Shown here: positions 1 through 10,272 of the stretch, piece by piece | How positions within the stretch are numbered: position 1 is the stretch's first letter | Layout of the letters: each line of letters starts with the position of its first letter | Assembly: GCA_963810275.1 (NCBI GenBank) | Contig: CAWENF010000003.1 | Coordinates: 115,855 to 179,854 of the forward strand | Source: an uncultured archaeon | Lineage (GTDB): Archaea > Thermoproteota > Bathyarchaeia > Bathyarchaeales > Bathycorpusculaceae | Length of the DNA: 64,000 nt | Reading direction: 5' to 3' | Made by a program: the position numbers and the translations under genes | Notes under the pieces: generated by a model | What the model was told of the DNA's origin: nothing | The model's database searches: none | The model's input: only the letters and a program-made list of their open reading frames with translations

Positions 1-87
1 CCGGACGAACTTCGGCTTTTTGTTTCTGGCGCGTGCCCGAACTCTTAGTGCACTACGTGAGGGTGACTGTTTCTTTTCTTCTGTCAT
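1..87 (-). CDS. rpl32e: 50S ribosomal protein L32e (5' part, runs off window)
   Basis: Manual translation MTEEKKQSPSRSALRVRARARNKKPKFVR; follows L6 in the canonical archaeal order. Confidence 0.85.
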   Translation of the reverse strand, partial: MTEEKKQSPSRSALRVRARARNKKPKFVR

Positions 88-632
88 TATGCCATTCCTT
101 CGTTTCTTTCATAGGTGTAAATACCGTCAAGGAAGACACGGGGGTCTTTTCCTCGCACCTTAGTCATCTGCTCAATGTTCGCTGCGGTTTGGCTGACCAA
201 CTCAAGATCAGTACCTTGCAGGATGATGTCATCTGGTTCGAGTTTAACCTTGACGTTTTCGAGGATTTTGATTTTGCGGGGCCTACGTTCGCCTGTAAAG
301 TTTTCGATCAGCAATGCTTTGTCTTCGAGTTTCACAGTAATTGGGAAGTGCGAGAAAACTATTTTCATTTTGTATGTGTAGCCTTTGGTGACGCCAGTTA
401 TCATGTTTTTGATGTGTGAATGGATGGTTCCTACTAGAGCGGCTTCTTTTTTACGTGGCCACTTAGCTGAGATGACCACGTTTTTGTCTTGGCCTTCTAT
501 TGAGATCTGGGCATAAGAAAAGTCGCGGGAGAGGGAGCCTTTTTCGCCTTTAACGTTGATTTTTTTACCCACTACACTTAAAGTTACGTCATCTGGAACT
601 TCAATGGTTCTTGATACTTCTGGAAGCCGCAT
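87..632 (-). CDS. rpl6: 50S ribosomal protein L6
   Basis: KNMITGVTKG, HFPI and DPRVFLDGIY motifs; operon position. Confidence 0.97.
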   Translation of the reverse strand: MRLPEVSRTIEVPDDVTLSVVGKKINVKGEKGSLSRDFSYAQISIEGQDKNVVISAKWPRKKEAALVGTIHSHIKNMITGVTKGYTYKMKIVFSHFPITVKLEDKALLIENFTGERRPRKIKILENVKVKLEPDDIILQGTDLELVSQTAANIEQMTKVRGKDPRVFLDGIYTYERNEGMA

Positions 633-645
633 GAGTTTTATCTCC

Positions 646-1029
646 TTAATACACGAAGGCTAAGAGCCTTCCTCCGATTTTCTTTTCTTCTGCATCTTTG
701 TGAGCTATTACGCCGTTGGAGGTTGAAACAACCATTATGCCTACATCTCTGGAGGGCAAGTAGGTTTTCTCCCAAGCTTCATACTCGTCGGCTTTAACTG
801 CAAAGCGGGGTTTAACTGGGCCGCACTTGTTGATTCTGCCTAGGAGTTGAACCTTGAATTTTCCTTGGCGCCCATCGTCTATGAATTCGAACTCGCCAAT
901 GTAGCCGTTAAGTTGCATGATGCGTAGAACGCGTCCCAAGAGTTTAGATGCTGGGCTAATGATGCATTCTCGTTTGTTCCGTGTTTCGTTATTGAATATG
1001 GTTACGAGACCGTTAGTTAAAGTGTCCAT
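646..1029 (-). CDS. rps8: 30S ribosomal protein S8
   Basis: [18 protein letters not shown] and GGRLLAFVY motifs. Confidence 0.97.
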   Translation of the reverse strand: MDTLTNGLVTIFNNETRNKRECIISPASKLLGRVLRIMQLNGYIGEFEFIDDGRQGKFKVQLLGRINKCGPVKPRFAVKADEYEAWEKTYLPSRDVGIMVVSTSNGVIAHKDAEEKKIGGRLLAFVY

Positions 1030-1045
1030 TTTCTTTCATTAGCTC

Positions 1046-1210
1046 CTATTCATATTTCTTGAAACCTAATTTGGGGGCAGCCTCTCTAAAACATGTCCTG
1101 CATAAATATAAATCGTAACGTCTGATGACTGGACCGAACGAGCCGCATCTTACGCATGGACGTGAGCCTTTGCCGTATTTTCTTTGTTTCTTAACTTGCT
1201 GTTTTCCCAT
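1046..1210 (-). CDS. rps14: 30S ribosomal protein S14 (zinc-binding), missed by ORF track
   Basis: Manual translation [54 protein letters not shown] with CxxC..CxxC. Confidence 0.95.
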   Translation of the reverse strand: MGKQQVKKQRKYGKGSRPCVRCGSFGPVIRRYDLYLCRTCFREAAPKLGFKKYE

Positions 1211-1226
1211 ACAATCACTCTCAGTT

Positions 1227-1769
1227 TTAGACGAGTTCTACTCCTACAGTTTGTTTTATGAAGAGCATGGACTCTTCAGGGGTTAAGACGTGTTTTGGAC
1301 CAATCGGTTTGCTTTGGCGTTTCCGGGTCGTGACACGGTGGCCTGGGCGGTTGACGGTGACGCAGATATCCATACCGAAGATGCCAATTTCAGGGTCATA
1401 TTTGACACCGGGAATCTCTATGTGCTCTTTGAGACCGAAGCTAAAGTTTCCGCGAACATCAAACGAGCGCTTGGACAGTTTATTATCAACCACTGGGAAG
1501 ACCTTCTTTAAGAAGTCAATTGCTTCTTCCCCGCGCAATGTGACAACGACTGCTATGGCTTCTCCTTCTCTGATGCCGAAGTCACGGATGGATTTCTTTG
1601 CACGCTTCTTAACCGGAACTTTGCCAGTAATTTCTTCAAGTACCTTGTTTGCTTTTTCGAGCGGTTCGCCGGATTTGCCAACGTTGAGGTTTACAACGAC
1701 TTTCTCGATGCGGGGTTTACGCATCGGGTGATCTTCCCAAGTTTGGAATATTTGTTCATCAGACAACAC
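1227..1769 (-). CDS. rpl5: 50S ribosomal protein L5
   Basis: [19 protein letters not shown] and [11 protein letters not shown] motifs. Confidence 0.97.
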   Translation of the reverse strand: MLSDEQIFQTWEDHPMRKPRIEKVVVNLNVGKSGEPLEKANKVLEEITGKVPVKKRAKKSIRDFGIREGEAIAVVVTLRGEEAIDFLKKVFPVVDNKLSKRSFDVRGNFSFGLKEHIEIPGVKYDPEIGIFGMDICVTVNRPGHRVTTRKRQSKPIGPKHVLTPEESMLFIKQTVGVELV

Positions 1770-2523
1770 TAAATTCCTCCAACGTGTTAATCATGGGTGA
1801 GGTTTCGCCTATTGAGAAAACAAAGTCCATGATAGTTTGGTACCGTGCGCCTTTGGCGTCTTCGATGAGGACAAGAGCATGTCGGCGTTTCTTATCTTCA
1901 GCTTTTTCGATTTCAACGATTTTACCCATAACACCGATGTTTTTGCCGCCGGTGATTATGGCTAAGTTGCCTTCTTTTGCTTTAAGGGTTGCAACCACCT
2001 GTTTTTCAGGATAGGTTACTTTGAGGGTGTCAAACGTGTCATATGTGACTCCGGTTGGATTTTTAGGGTCTGCGACTTTGACGAGCATTACGGAGCCATC
2101 GTGAACTATCACTTGGACTCCGCCTCTAACTGTATGTTTGTTTTCAACCCGCAAAAGCGAGAAAGTGGATTCTTCCTTGCTAATTGGTGCAGTGTAGAGC
2201 CCTTTGTGTGAAGGCATGACGCGGTAGTGTTTGTCGCTTCCTTGCAGTGAAATAACATCCATTAAACCGACGGGTATGTCGTCTTTTTTGTAAACTTTTC
2301 CGTTTACTATGACATTGCCTTGGTCGATGATTATTTTGCCTTCTTTTCTTGTATCTGCAACACCTAGCATGTCACGTAGAACAAGAGTCAGTGGGACACA
2401 TTTATGTAATGAATGTGAACCTGAAGAGGGCTTCACAACCCACGGTGCCTCTTTTCTGTGAATAGGCCAGAATGCTGGCGCTGGCTTTCGTTTCAGCCTT
2501 GCAGTCTTTCCTTTTCTACCCAA
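1759..2523 (-). CDS. rps4e: 30S ribosomal protein S4e
   Basis: LKRKPAPAFWPI, PVGLMDVI and ITGGKNIG motifs. Confidence 0.97.
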   Translation of the reverse strand: MGRKGKTARLKRKPAPAFWPIHRKEAPWVVKPSSGSHSLHKCVPLTLVLRDMLGVADTRKEGKIIIDQGNVIVNGKVYKKDDIPVGLMDVISLQGSDKHYRVMPSHKGLYTAPISKEESTFSLLRVENKHTVRGGVQVIVHDGSVMLVKVADPKNPTGVTYDTFDTLKVTYPEKQVVATLKAKEGNLAIITGGKNIGVMGKIVEIEKAEDKKRRHALVLIEDAKGARYQTIMDFVFSIGETSPMINTLEEFSVV

Positions 2524-2525
2524 AC

Positions 2526-3032
2526 TTATTGTCCTCCTTCTTCAGAGGTTTCAGCCTCTGTTTCTTCTGCCGTTTTTTTGACGGCTTTTTTAGCGATCGT
2601 CTTCTTTGCTGGTTCTTCAGTCTTAGCTGCCGTCGCTTTTGGTTTTTCTTTCTTTTTCCTCTCTGGAGCAACTTTCCGTCCGAGAATGGTTTCCTTGCGG
2701 TATTTGTCGTCAAGGACTAAGTTGCGGATCTGAACTTTGGATGGATGAACAGCTAAGAAGATGTTGGTTCCATCAACTTTTTCACGGGTTAACCCTTCAA
2801 GGTAGATTCTGTATGCTTTTAGGTCAACACGTGAAACCTTTCCTTCAAAGCCTTTGTTGTCGCCTCGTAGAATGCGCACCGTGTCGCCCTTGCGGACAGG
2901 CAGGGTTTTTGCGCCTTTGGAAACGGCAAGTTCACGTGAGAGCGGTGCAGCCATGCTTTTGTGACGTATGTGAGCTGGAGCGTTGAAGTGCTTCTTTCTC
3001 TGTTTTCCGGGGTCTTTAACTGATTTCTGCAT
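2526..3032 (-). CDS. rpl24: 50S ribosomal protein L24 with Lys/Glu-rich tail
   Basis: PGKQRK..NAPAH and PVRKGDTVRILRG (KOW) motifs. Confidence 0.96.
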   Translation of the reverse strand: MQKSVKDPGKQRKKHFNAPAHIRHKSMAAPLSRELAVSKGAKTLPVRKGDTVRILRGDNKGFEGKVSRVDLKAYRIYLEGLTREKVDGTNIFLAVHPSKVQIRNLVLDDKYRKETILGRKVAPERKKKEKPKATAAKTEEPAKKTIAKKAVKKTAEETEAETSEEGGQ

Positions 3033-3044
3033 TCTTTTTCTCTC

Positions 3045-3488
3045 CTAAACGATTATGCTTGAGGCGCTGGCTATTCTTGGCCATCTCTCAGCTGCTTCTC
3101 TTGCTACGGGGCCTCTAATTTCGGAGCCTTTCATGTCTCCTTCTGGAGTTATAATAACGGCTGCGTTGTCTTCGAATTGTACCCAGACGCCGTCGATTCT
3201 TCGGAATGTTTTGCGTTGGCGAACGATGACTGCTTGGAAGATTTTTTTGCGCATATCAGGTGAGCCTTGGCGTACTGAGACTGTAACTTTGTCCCCGACT
3301 GTGGCTGAAGGGTAACGTCTTAGGCGCCCCTTGTAGCCCATGGCTTGAATGAGACGTAGAACACGTGCACCTGTGTTATCGGCGCATTTCATTTCTGAGC
3401 CTGCCAGTAGGCCACGGCTGAGTTTTTGTCCGTGAGACATCATACCCTTAGCAGTTAGACCTCTTCCTTTTGCTTTAGCTGCACACAT
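3045..3488 (-). CDS. rpl14: 50S ribosomal protein L14
   Basis: CADNTGA, FEDNAAVI and GPVAREAAERWP motifs. Confidence 0.97.
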   Translation of the reverse strand: MCAAKAKGRGLTAKGMMSHGQKLSRGLLAGSEMKCADNTGARVLRLIQAMGYKGRLRRYPSATVGDKVTVSVRQGSPDMRKKIFQAVIVRQRKTFRRIDGVWVQFEDNAAVIITPEGDMKGSEIRGPVAREAAERWPRIASASSIIV

Positions 3489-3489
3489 A

Positions 3490-3810
3490 TTATCGTTCCT
3501 CTCCTACTTTTTCTACTACAACGAAGCTGACCGTTTTGCTGAGTGGTCTGCACTCGGCAATTCTTACACGGTCGCCTTCTTTAACGTCTAAGCATGGAGG
3601 ATTGTGTGATGGGATATGCCCGTGTCTGCGTTCGTAACGCACGAATTTTGAGGAGAATTGCGTGAATTCTCTGTCAACGATAACGGTTTTGTCCATCTTT
3701 GCTGTGTGGACGACGCCTTCTAGGACGCGACCTCTAATTGAGAGAGTGCCGTGAAAGGGGCAGTTGGGGTCGTCACATGTTTTTTTGGGTTGCTTGAAAG
3801 TCATTGACAT
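3490..3810 (-). CDS. rps17: 30S ribosomal protein S17
   Basis: CDDPNCPFHG and ECRPLSKTVSF motifs. Confidence 0.97.
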   Translation of the reverse strand: MSMTFKQPKKTCDDPNCPFHGTLSIRGRVLEGVVHTAKMDKTVIVDREFTQFSSKFVRYERRHGHIPSHNPPCLDVKEGDRVRIAECRPLSKTVSFVVVEKVGEER

Positions 3811-3811
3811 A

Positions 3812-4093
3812 TTACCATAACCTCTTAACAGTTTTCTTAAGCCGATCTTCTGAGCGGCCGACTAAGAGTTTACCGTCAACTTGAACGACTGTACCGTCGC
3901 TGAAAGTGAAATCAAATGCCGCAGCATCTTTTATGACGCTACGAGTTCTGCCTCCGTTCTGAAGTTGGAGAGTGTTTCTGGTTTCACCTACAACTAATCC
4001 GCCTACGCCAACGTAGTCTTCGTTGAGGCTTTGGGCGACTACGGCTTGTGCGCCGATAAATTCGTAGCGGATAATGTCAGGAGTTATTTTCAT
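3812..4093 (-). CDS. rnp1: Ribonuclease P protein subunit 1 (Rpp29/POP4)
   Basis: G.VVGETRNTL and VDGKLLVGRSEDR motifs; conserved position between L29 and S17. Confidence 0.9.
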   Translation of the reverse strand: MKITPDIIRYEFIGAQAVVAQSLNEDYVGVGGLVVGETRNTLQLQNGGRTRSVIKDAAAFDFTFSDGTVVQVDGKLLVGRSEDRLKKTVKRLW

Positions 4094-4374
4094 TAGGAAG
4101 ATTTCTCCTCAGATTTTGCTTGTTTTTTGGGTTTAATAGCTTTCTTTTCGGGGGCTGGCGCTTTGCGTAGCCCGATGTTTTGTTCGTTTTGAACAGTCAG
4201 GATGCGGGCGATGGTTTTACGGATTTGGCGGATACGTGTTGGATTTTCAACAGCACCACCTGCATTGACCATGGTGCGTATACGTGCAAGTTCAGCTCTT
4301 AAGTCGATGAGCCGCTGTTCTCTTGTTTCAGGGGTCATTTCAGCGATTTCTTTCATACGCATAATTGGTGCCAT
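4093..4374 (-). CDS. rpl29: 50S ribosomal protein L29
   Basis: ENPTRIRQIRKTIARILTV motif. Confidence 0.95.
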   Translation of the reverse strand: MAPIMRMKEIAEMTPETREQRLIDLRAELARIRTMVNAGGAVENPTRIRQIRKTIARILTVQNEQNIGLRKAPAPEKKAIKPKKQAKSEEKSS

Positions 4375-5243
4375 TACTGTGTTTCCTCCGCTGGTTTAGC
4401 TTCGGCTTTTGGAATTTCTTCAGCTTTGGGTTCCTCTTTGGGTTTTTCTTGTGTGGCTGGCGCTTCTGGTTCGAGATTTGGTTCTGATTTAGCTGCTGGG
4501 GCTGCTGGGGGTTCTTCTGCTGGAGAGGGCGGGGATGAAGCTGGTGCTTGCTCTGGTGTTGGAGTAGGAATTGGTTCTGGCGCTGGAGCAGCGGCTGGTG
4601 CTGGTGTTGGGGCTGATTCTGCTACAATTTCAATTTCTTCCGGAGTCTCAGGTTCAATAATTTGGACTTTGTCTGGGAAATAGGCGTCCGGAGGCATAAT
4701 TTTGACGCGAACACCAATCATTCCTGGTTTAAGTTGAACGTGTGCCTCAGCGGTTTTCATAGCGCGCAACGCTGGTTCACCACATCGGGGGAAGTCGCCT
4801 GCGCGAAACTTCTCAAAACGAGCTCGCTCGGTTGTTAGTTTGCCGCTGATAACGATTTCTGCGCCTAATGCGCCTGCTTCCATAACTTGGTTTAGTGCCC
4901 AGAATCCTGCACGCCTGAAGTGGACACCTCGCTCAAGAGCAGATGTTACTCGGTTTGCGACGACATGTGCATTGTACTCGGGGACCTCGATTTCTGAGAC
5001 GCTAATTTGCGGGTTGGCAACTTTGAAGTTGCGTTCTAGTGAAGAGGCGAGTTCTTTAATAGTTTCTCCGCCTCTGCCGATAACGATTCCGGGGCGCATA
5101 GCGTAGATGACTACGTGGGTGCCAAGCGGAGTTTTTGAGAGGTTGACTCCGCCATATCCGGCTCTTTCAAGTTTTTTCTGTAAAAACTCGTCGATTTCGG
5201 TACGTTTGATTGATTCTGTTATGAAACGTTTGACTATGCTCAT
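4374..5243 (-). CDS. rps3: 30S ribosomal protein S3 with Pro/Ala/Glu-rich C-terminal extension
   Basis: KH domain RPGIVIGRGG; GAEIVISGKL. Confidence 0.97.
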   Translation of the reverse strand: MSIVKRFITESIKRTEIDEFLQKKLERAGYGGVNLSKTPLGTHVVIYAMRPGIVIGRGGETIKELASSLERNFKVANPQISVSEIEVPEYNAHVVANRVTSALERGVHFRRAGFWALNQVMEAGALGAEIVISGKLTTERARFEKFRAGDFPRCGEPALRAMKTAEAHVQLKPGMIGVRVKIMPPDAYFPDKVQIIEPETPEEIEIVAESAPTPAPAAAPAPEPIPTPTPEQAPASSPPSPAEEPPAAPAAKSEPNLEPEAPATQEKPKEEPKAEEIPKAEAKPAEETQ

Positions 5244-5729
5244 TTACTGCTCTCCTGCGGTGGATTTCTCTTCGAGCACGATTTCCACATGGGTTAAAAT
5301 ATTGTATTTCGGTGATGCTCTGCCGTGTGCTCGGGGGGTATAACGTTTGAGTTTCATGCCCTGATATGCGACTGAGTGCATGATTCTTAGGCGGTCCACA
5401 TCTAAGCCTTTGTTTTCTGCGTTTGCTTGTGCTGCTTGCAGAACACGTAAGATGGCTTGGGCGGTTTTTACTGGGTACCTGCCGACGCAGTTTTTCTGCA
5501 TACCGCCTTTGTGGCCGAGTTTCTTGGTATATCTTGTGTATGGAATCGGTTTCCTCTTCGCGATTACTTCTCGAAGGTATTCTTTTGCTTTAACTAGATC
5601 CATGCTTTTTATGGCTTTAGCGACTTCCCGTGCGGCTTTGTGGGATACTTTTAATTCTCGGCCGCTGGCTTTCGCTGTTTTATCTGGATTAAGCATTTCT
5701 TCGATTATTGAGTATCCCCATTTGGGCAT
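5244..5729 (-). CDS. rpl22: 50S ribosomal protein L22
   Basis: GRYPVK, NAENKGLD and PRAHGRA motifs. Confidence 0.97.
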   Translation of the reverse strand: MPKWGYSIIEEMLNPDKTAKASGRELKVSHKAAREVAKAIKSMDLVKAKEYLREVIAKRKPIPYTRYTKKLGHKGGMQKNCVGRYPVKTAQAILRVLQAAQANAENKGLDVDRLRIMHSVAYQGMKLKRYTPRAHGRASPKYNILTHVEIVLEEKSTAGEQ

Positions 5730-6044
5730 TTTTTATTTCTCCGATGCGCAATCAAACACGTAAAAGCAATTTATATGGCTTTCCGTATCAGAACTAAGAT
5801 TTGACTCTTAACTGACTAAGTGGTGTCCCGGCGAAGGAACTATTCGAACGCGTGAGGTGTGTACAGTTTCACGATTACGTTTACTCTTTTATAGTTTGCC
5901 CAAAAAAAACCGTATAGCCAAGCACTCTTAAACTGGGTACCCCAAGGTGGAAGCCAAAGCTAAAAAGATAGCTGTATGAATTGTAGCTGACATGGGTCTA
6001 CCACAATCGCCTATAAACAACCGTACCCGAGTTTCGTTGGAGAC

Positions 6045-6416
6045 TTGTGTTTGATAAACAACCAAGAAAAAAATGAAGCAGAACCCAAAACTATCCTTCG
6101 TACTCTGCCATATGAAAGTGGTTTCCATTTTAACACAGAAAAAGGTATCTATATCGGCCAAACCGCTAACAGCCTCGAAGACTTCGGTGCAAAACTTAAA
6201 ACTATAGACTCAGGATCGATTGCTTATCACTATTACAGAGGAGATTTCCAGAGATGGATAAGCACAACTTTGGGCGACCAAAAGTTTGCGGATAAGTTAT
6301 GCTTTATTAAAACAGATATCTCTCCTGAGCAGCTTCGAACGGAACTTTTGAAAATGCTGGACAGCCGAATTATTGAATTAAAGAGTTTGGATTGGGTAGA
6401 AAACAAGGGCATATAA
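6045..6416 (+). CDS. DUF5752-like protein
   Basis: GFHF..G.Y.G.TA.SL.DF..SI.YH.YRGDFQRWI..TLGD pattern recalled for this family. Confidence 0.7.
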   Translation: MCLINNQEKNEAEPKTILRTLPYESGFHFNTEKGIYIGQTANSLEDFGAKLKTIDSGSIAYHYYRGDFQRWISTTLGDQKFADKLCFIKTDISPEQLRTELLKMLDSRIIELKSLDWVENKGI

Positions 6417-6562
6417 GTTAGGTTTTGATTTTTTCCATTATTTAGACAGGCTTTTTTAGTTTAAAATCCAAAAGAAAAAATGAGCCATGTTTGCGTCAGC
6501 AGCGATTTAGGCATAACTTAAAGAGCAAGCGCACTCCAAACAGGAGTAGAAGGAACCCACCA

Positions 6563-6853
6563 ATGAAAACTTTAAAAATCGTGAAAAAAATAGCACTCTT
6601 TACTGCCGCTGTATCTTTTGTTTTTGCTGCTGTTGAAGCAATCTTAACCTATTTCGCAATAATAATCATCAATCAAACCACAGAAATCCCCAGTGAATAC
6701 TTGATCATCAACGCTTTGCCCTCGGCGTTGCCATACCTGTTTATCGGAGTAATCGCAGTCGTCGTTGTGGCTTTAACCAGAGAACCCGAAGAACTATCAG
6801 ATGAAGGTCCTCAAGAAGAAGCATTGCCACCAGCTGAAGAGGTTAATGCTTAA
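6563..6853 (+). CDS. Small two-TM membrane protein
   Basis: Two hydrophobic segments and an acidic tail; ATG at 6563. Confidence 0.65.
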   Translation: MKTLKIVKKIALFTAAVSFVFAAVEAILTYFAIIIINQTTEIPSEYLIINALPSALPYLFIGVIAVVVVALTREPEELSDEGPQEEALPPAEEVNA

Positions 6854-6975
6854 CAACTCTTTTTTTTAAGCAATTAATCTCTGCCGATTAAGGAAAGGTA
6901 GGAAGTTTTTGGTGTTTTAGGTAGGCTATTTGGATTAAAAAAGGCAAAAGCCGAGTCTTTCCTTGGGAAAAGAGG

Positions 6976-7431
6976 TTAGGATGGGAGTTGTTTGCCGCAT
7001 TTTGGGCAGTACTGTGCTTCTCCCCCGACGGGATTGCCGCATTGAGGACAGTATTTGGTGGTGGCTTCGTCGACAGGCTGGGAATATGGGGGTTGTTGAT
7101 AGGTGGGTTGGTTTTGGGGATAGATAGGTTGGTATTGGGGTGTGGCTTGAACCGGTTGGTGTGTAAGGGCGAGTATTCCACCGATCAGCGTGATGACGTT
7201 CAGGAGGCTAAGCACAGATAGGACTATAATGTAGATGCCGTACTTCTGGTGCTCCTCAGGTTGAGCCATTAGACGTTGAGCAAACATAATCATCAGTGCG
7301 TTGGCGACAATTATCCAGATGCCTATTAAAACGAAGATCAGGACGACACCTAAGAGTATGCCAAGTATGCCGCCGATTAGGGTGCAGTAGTATGCTGCTG
7401 AGGGCTTGTCAACTGATTGCTGGTTATACAT
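6976..7431 (-). CDS. Membrane protein with Q/P-rich linker and C-terminal zinc ribbon
   Basis: TM helices; CPQCG..CPKCG at the C-terminus. Confidence 0.8.
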   Translation of the reverse strand: MYNQQSVDKPSAAYYCTLIGGILGILLGVVLIFVLIGIWIIVANALMIMFAQRLMAQPEEHQKYGIYIIVLSVLSLLNVITLIGGILALTHQPVQATPQYQPIYPQNQPTYQQPPYSQPVDEATTKYCPQCGNPVGGEAQYCPKCGKQLPS

Positions 7432-7579
7432 GTAAGTTAACCTTGTTGCATTCATTATCCAAGCGCTATGTATAAAAAAATAATGCTTACAAAAATCGCA
7501 TGTATACATACGAGTTTGTTTTGCGATTTGTTTATGTTGCACAAAGCCTCATCCATAAACAGCACGGAGTGTACACTCG

Positions 7580-8644
7580 TTGGCATCCAAAAACGAAAAA
7601 ATTACTATGATGCACGGCGCAGGCGGCACTGTCATGCATGACCTCGTCAAAAACTACGTCGTCAAAGCCTTCGGAGGCATCGGCAACGCAGAAGTCCCCA
7701 TAGAAGCCATGGATGACGCAGCCGTCGTAGGCGACATAGTCATCAAAAGCGACAGCCATGCTGTGAAACCGATCTTTTTCTCTGGAGGCGACATCGGACG
7801 CATCGCCATCTCAGGTACAGTGAATGACATCAGCTGCCTAGGAGCTAAACCATTCGCACTCGCCTGCGGGTTAGTCTTGGAAGAAGGTCTGTTGATATCA
7901 GATTTAGAGCTGGTTCTGGCGAGCATGCGTGAAGCCTGCATCGAAGCCGATGTCGGCATAGTTACAGGAGATACAAAAGTCGTCGAAAAAGGCTCCCTCG
8001 GCGGAATGATCATGAATGTGTCAGGCGTTGGCAAACGCACTCCAGCGCTGGAAAGCAACCTAGCCGTAGTTGAGAAAACACGCAAACTCAAAGCTCGCTG
8101 GACTCTGGATTCGAACTTGGCAGTAGGTGACAAAATTATACTTACAGGCGCAATCGGCGACCATGGCATTGCTGTACTCTCAGCTCAGCAAGGACTAAAG
8201 TTCGGCAGTGAAATTAAATCCGACGTCAAACCCCTCAATGTGATGGTTCAGAAGATGCTGGGTGAAGTCGGAGGGATAGTAGCTATGAAGGACCCCACGC
8301 GAGGCGGCTTGGCAGATGCCCTCAACGAGTGGACAGAAAAAAGCAAAGTGGGAATCCTAACTTACGAAGACAAAATCCCAATCCACAGCGACGTACAGAC
8401 CGCATGCGAGATGCTTGGCTTAGACCCTCTCGAAATCGGCAATGAAGGTAAACTAATCATCGGCGTCGTTCCCGACAAGACGGAGGAGACACTGGAGTTT
8501 TTGAGGCAAACCCCCCAGGGGAAAGAAGCAGAAATAATCGGTGAAGTTACTTCGGCGTTTAATGGTGTTGCTATGCAGACAGTTGTGGGCGGGAAACGTA
8601 TTATTGCACGTCCTGTAGGCGACCCTGTGCCTCGCATCTGTTAA
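7580..8644 (+). CDS. hypE: Hydrogenase maturation carbamoyl dehydratase HypE
   Basis: HGAGG, GDTKVV and DPTRGG motifs; C-terminal PRIC. Confidence 0.97.
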   Translation: MASKNEKITMMHGAGGTVMHDLVKNYVVKAFGGIGNAEVPIEAMDDAAVVGDIVIKSDSHAVKPIFFSGGDIGRIAISGTVNDISCLGAKPFALACGLVLEEGLLISDLELVLASMREACIEADVGIVTGDTKVVEKGSLGGMIMNVSGVGKRTPALESNLAVVEKTRKLKARWTLDSNLAVGDKIILTGAIGDHGIAVLSAQQGLKFGSEIKSDVKPLNVMVQKMLGEVGGIVAMKDPTRGGLADALNEWTEKSKVGILTYEDKIPIHSDVQTACEMLGLDPLEIGNEGKLIIGVVPDKTEETLEFLRQTPQGKEAEIIGEVTSAFNGVAMQTVVGGKRIIARPVGDPVPRIC

Positions 8645-8983
8645 ATACTAATTCCAGTCTTTTTTAGGCATTATTCAATGATATAGCTATTCTTGGGAGC
8701 AATAATAAAAAATATAAGCGTTTTTATCCAAATTGCTTTTGTTATTATAAAAGTGCAGATACATCGTTATTTATTCAACGTATAGCAGTAGATAGCCTCA
8801 AGGATAGCTTAGACGCGGTGGTTCTCTCTTCTATCTTCCTGATTCTCTTTCCTTTCGTTTAAGCCATCTTTTTCATTACTTTGCATTATTTTTACATTTT
8901 TTTTAATTTCAACCGCTAAGTCGACACTAACAATATAATCTTTTGTGCAGTGTGTAAATCTACTTTGGAGAGGGGAAAAAAGT

Positions 8984-9160
8984 ATGGGCGAATATGAACC
9001 TTTACAAGAAATTCCATTAAAAGACAAAAACTACCGAATCGACATAGGGGCATATGGGAGTATCTCTGTGGAGGCACCCACTAAAGAGGAGTGTTTGGAA
9101 CTTTTTCGGGAAGTTACCAGCACCCGCAAAGATACACGCCTCGCTCAAGCCATAAGATAA
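8984..9160 (+). CDS. Small hypothetical protein
   Basis: 58-aa ORF with purine-rich SD-like GAGGGG upstream. Confidence 0.5.
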   Translation: MGEYEPLQEIPLKDKNYRIDIGAYGSISVEAPTKEECLELFREVTSTRKDTRLAQAIR

Positions 9161-9168
9161 AAAGAAAG

Positions 9169-10260
9169 TTAAGTTGCATTAACAACGGCGTTTTTAGCCC
9201 AAACCCGGCAGGTTCCTTCGCTGCTCACCATGCAGGCACCAACGGGTTTAGCGGGGGTACAGGCGTTAAGGAACAGAGGGCACTGGTTGGGTTTTATTTT
9301 TCCGACGATCACGTTATGGCATTGACAACCTGCTTGGATGTCTTTGCCCTGTGCCTCTTTTAAGCCGTATTTTTTGCGTGAATCAAACTTTGAAAGGTTG
9401 GGTTTGAGTTGATAGGCGGAGTTTTCAAGTTTGCCTATGCCACGCCAGCCACCCGCAGAGACATTAAAAGCTTTTTCCATGGCATCAAGGGCTTTTTTGT
9501 TGCCTTCAGCTTTGACTACACGACTGTATTCGTTTTCCAACTTAATATTGCCAGTGCTGCATTGCTTTAGAATCATGTAAATAGACATTAACACGTCATT
9601 GGGTTCGAAGCCTGCCACGACGGTGGGCATGCGGTATCCCTTTGTGAAGAGTTCATAGGGTTTGGTGCCGATTATAGCGCTGACATGCCCGGGGGCGATG
9701 AAACCGTCGATTTGCAGGTCCTCCACACCCAAAAGCAACTCCATTGCAGGTGGAATAAGGCGATGAGATACGAGAAAGCTAAAGTTTTCAGGTAAGTCGC
9801 CAAGCACTTCAATCGCTGTTATGGGGGCGGTTGTTTCAAATCCTACCGCGTGGAATACAAACTCCTTCTGAGGTTCTTGCCGCGCCATTTCCACGGCGTC
9901 ACTGAGTGCGTAAACGACCCGGACATCTGCACCGCCTGCTTTAGCTTCAATAAGCGAAGACTCACTACCAGGTACACGTAGCAAATCACCAAAACAAGTA
10001 AGAACCTTACCTTTTTTGGCTAGCTGCACCGCCTCGTCAATTTCAGAGGCAGGTACAATGCAAACTGGGCAGCCGGGTCCAGCGATGACCTCCACGTTTT
10101 TAGGCAGTAAACTGCGCAGACCAAAATGTGTTATAGTCCACTCGTGTGTACCGCATACATGACAAATTTTAATTCCTCCCGTTTTCGGGGCAACCTGACT
10201 GATTTTCTTAGCGATTTCACGGGCGGTTTCGGGGTTTCTAAAACGCATAGACTCAGACAT
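9169..10260 (-). CDS. hypD: Hydrogenase maturation protein HypD
   Basis: CGTHE, GPGCPVC, GFETT, PGHVS and CMVSSEGTC motifs. Confidence 0.97.
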   Translation of the reverse strand: MSESMRFRNPETAREIAKKISQVAPKTGGIKICHVCGTHEWTITHFGLRSLLPKNVEVIAGPGCPVCIVPASEIDEAVQLAKKGKVLTCFGDLLRVPGSESSLIEAKAGGADVRVVYALSDAVEMARQEPQKEFVFHAVGFETTAPITAIEVLGDLPENFSFLVSHRLIPPAMELLLGVEDLQIDGFIAPGHVSAIIGTKPYELFTKGYRMPTVVAGFEPNDVLMSIYMILKQCSTGNIKLENEYSRVVKAEGNKKALDAMEKAFNVSAGGWRGIGKLENSAYQLKPNLSKFDSRKKYGLKEAQGKDIQAGCQCHNVIVGKIKPNQCPLFLNACTPAKPVGACMVSSEGTCRVWAKNAVVNAT

Positions 10261-10272
10261 AACAAGCCCCGC

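Noticed and set aside
5760-5900. Possible structured leader or sRNA upstream of rpl22 (two TATA-like boxes, CGTGA/TCACG stem)
   Set aside because: Pairings are short and no C/D or H/ACA boxes are convincing
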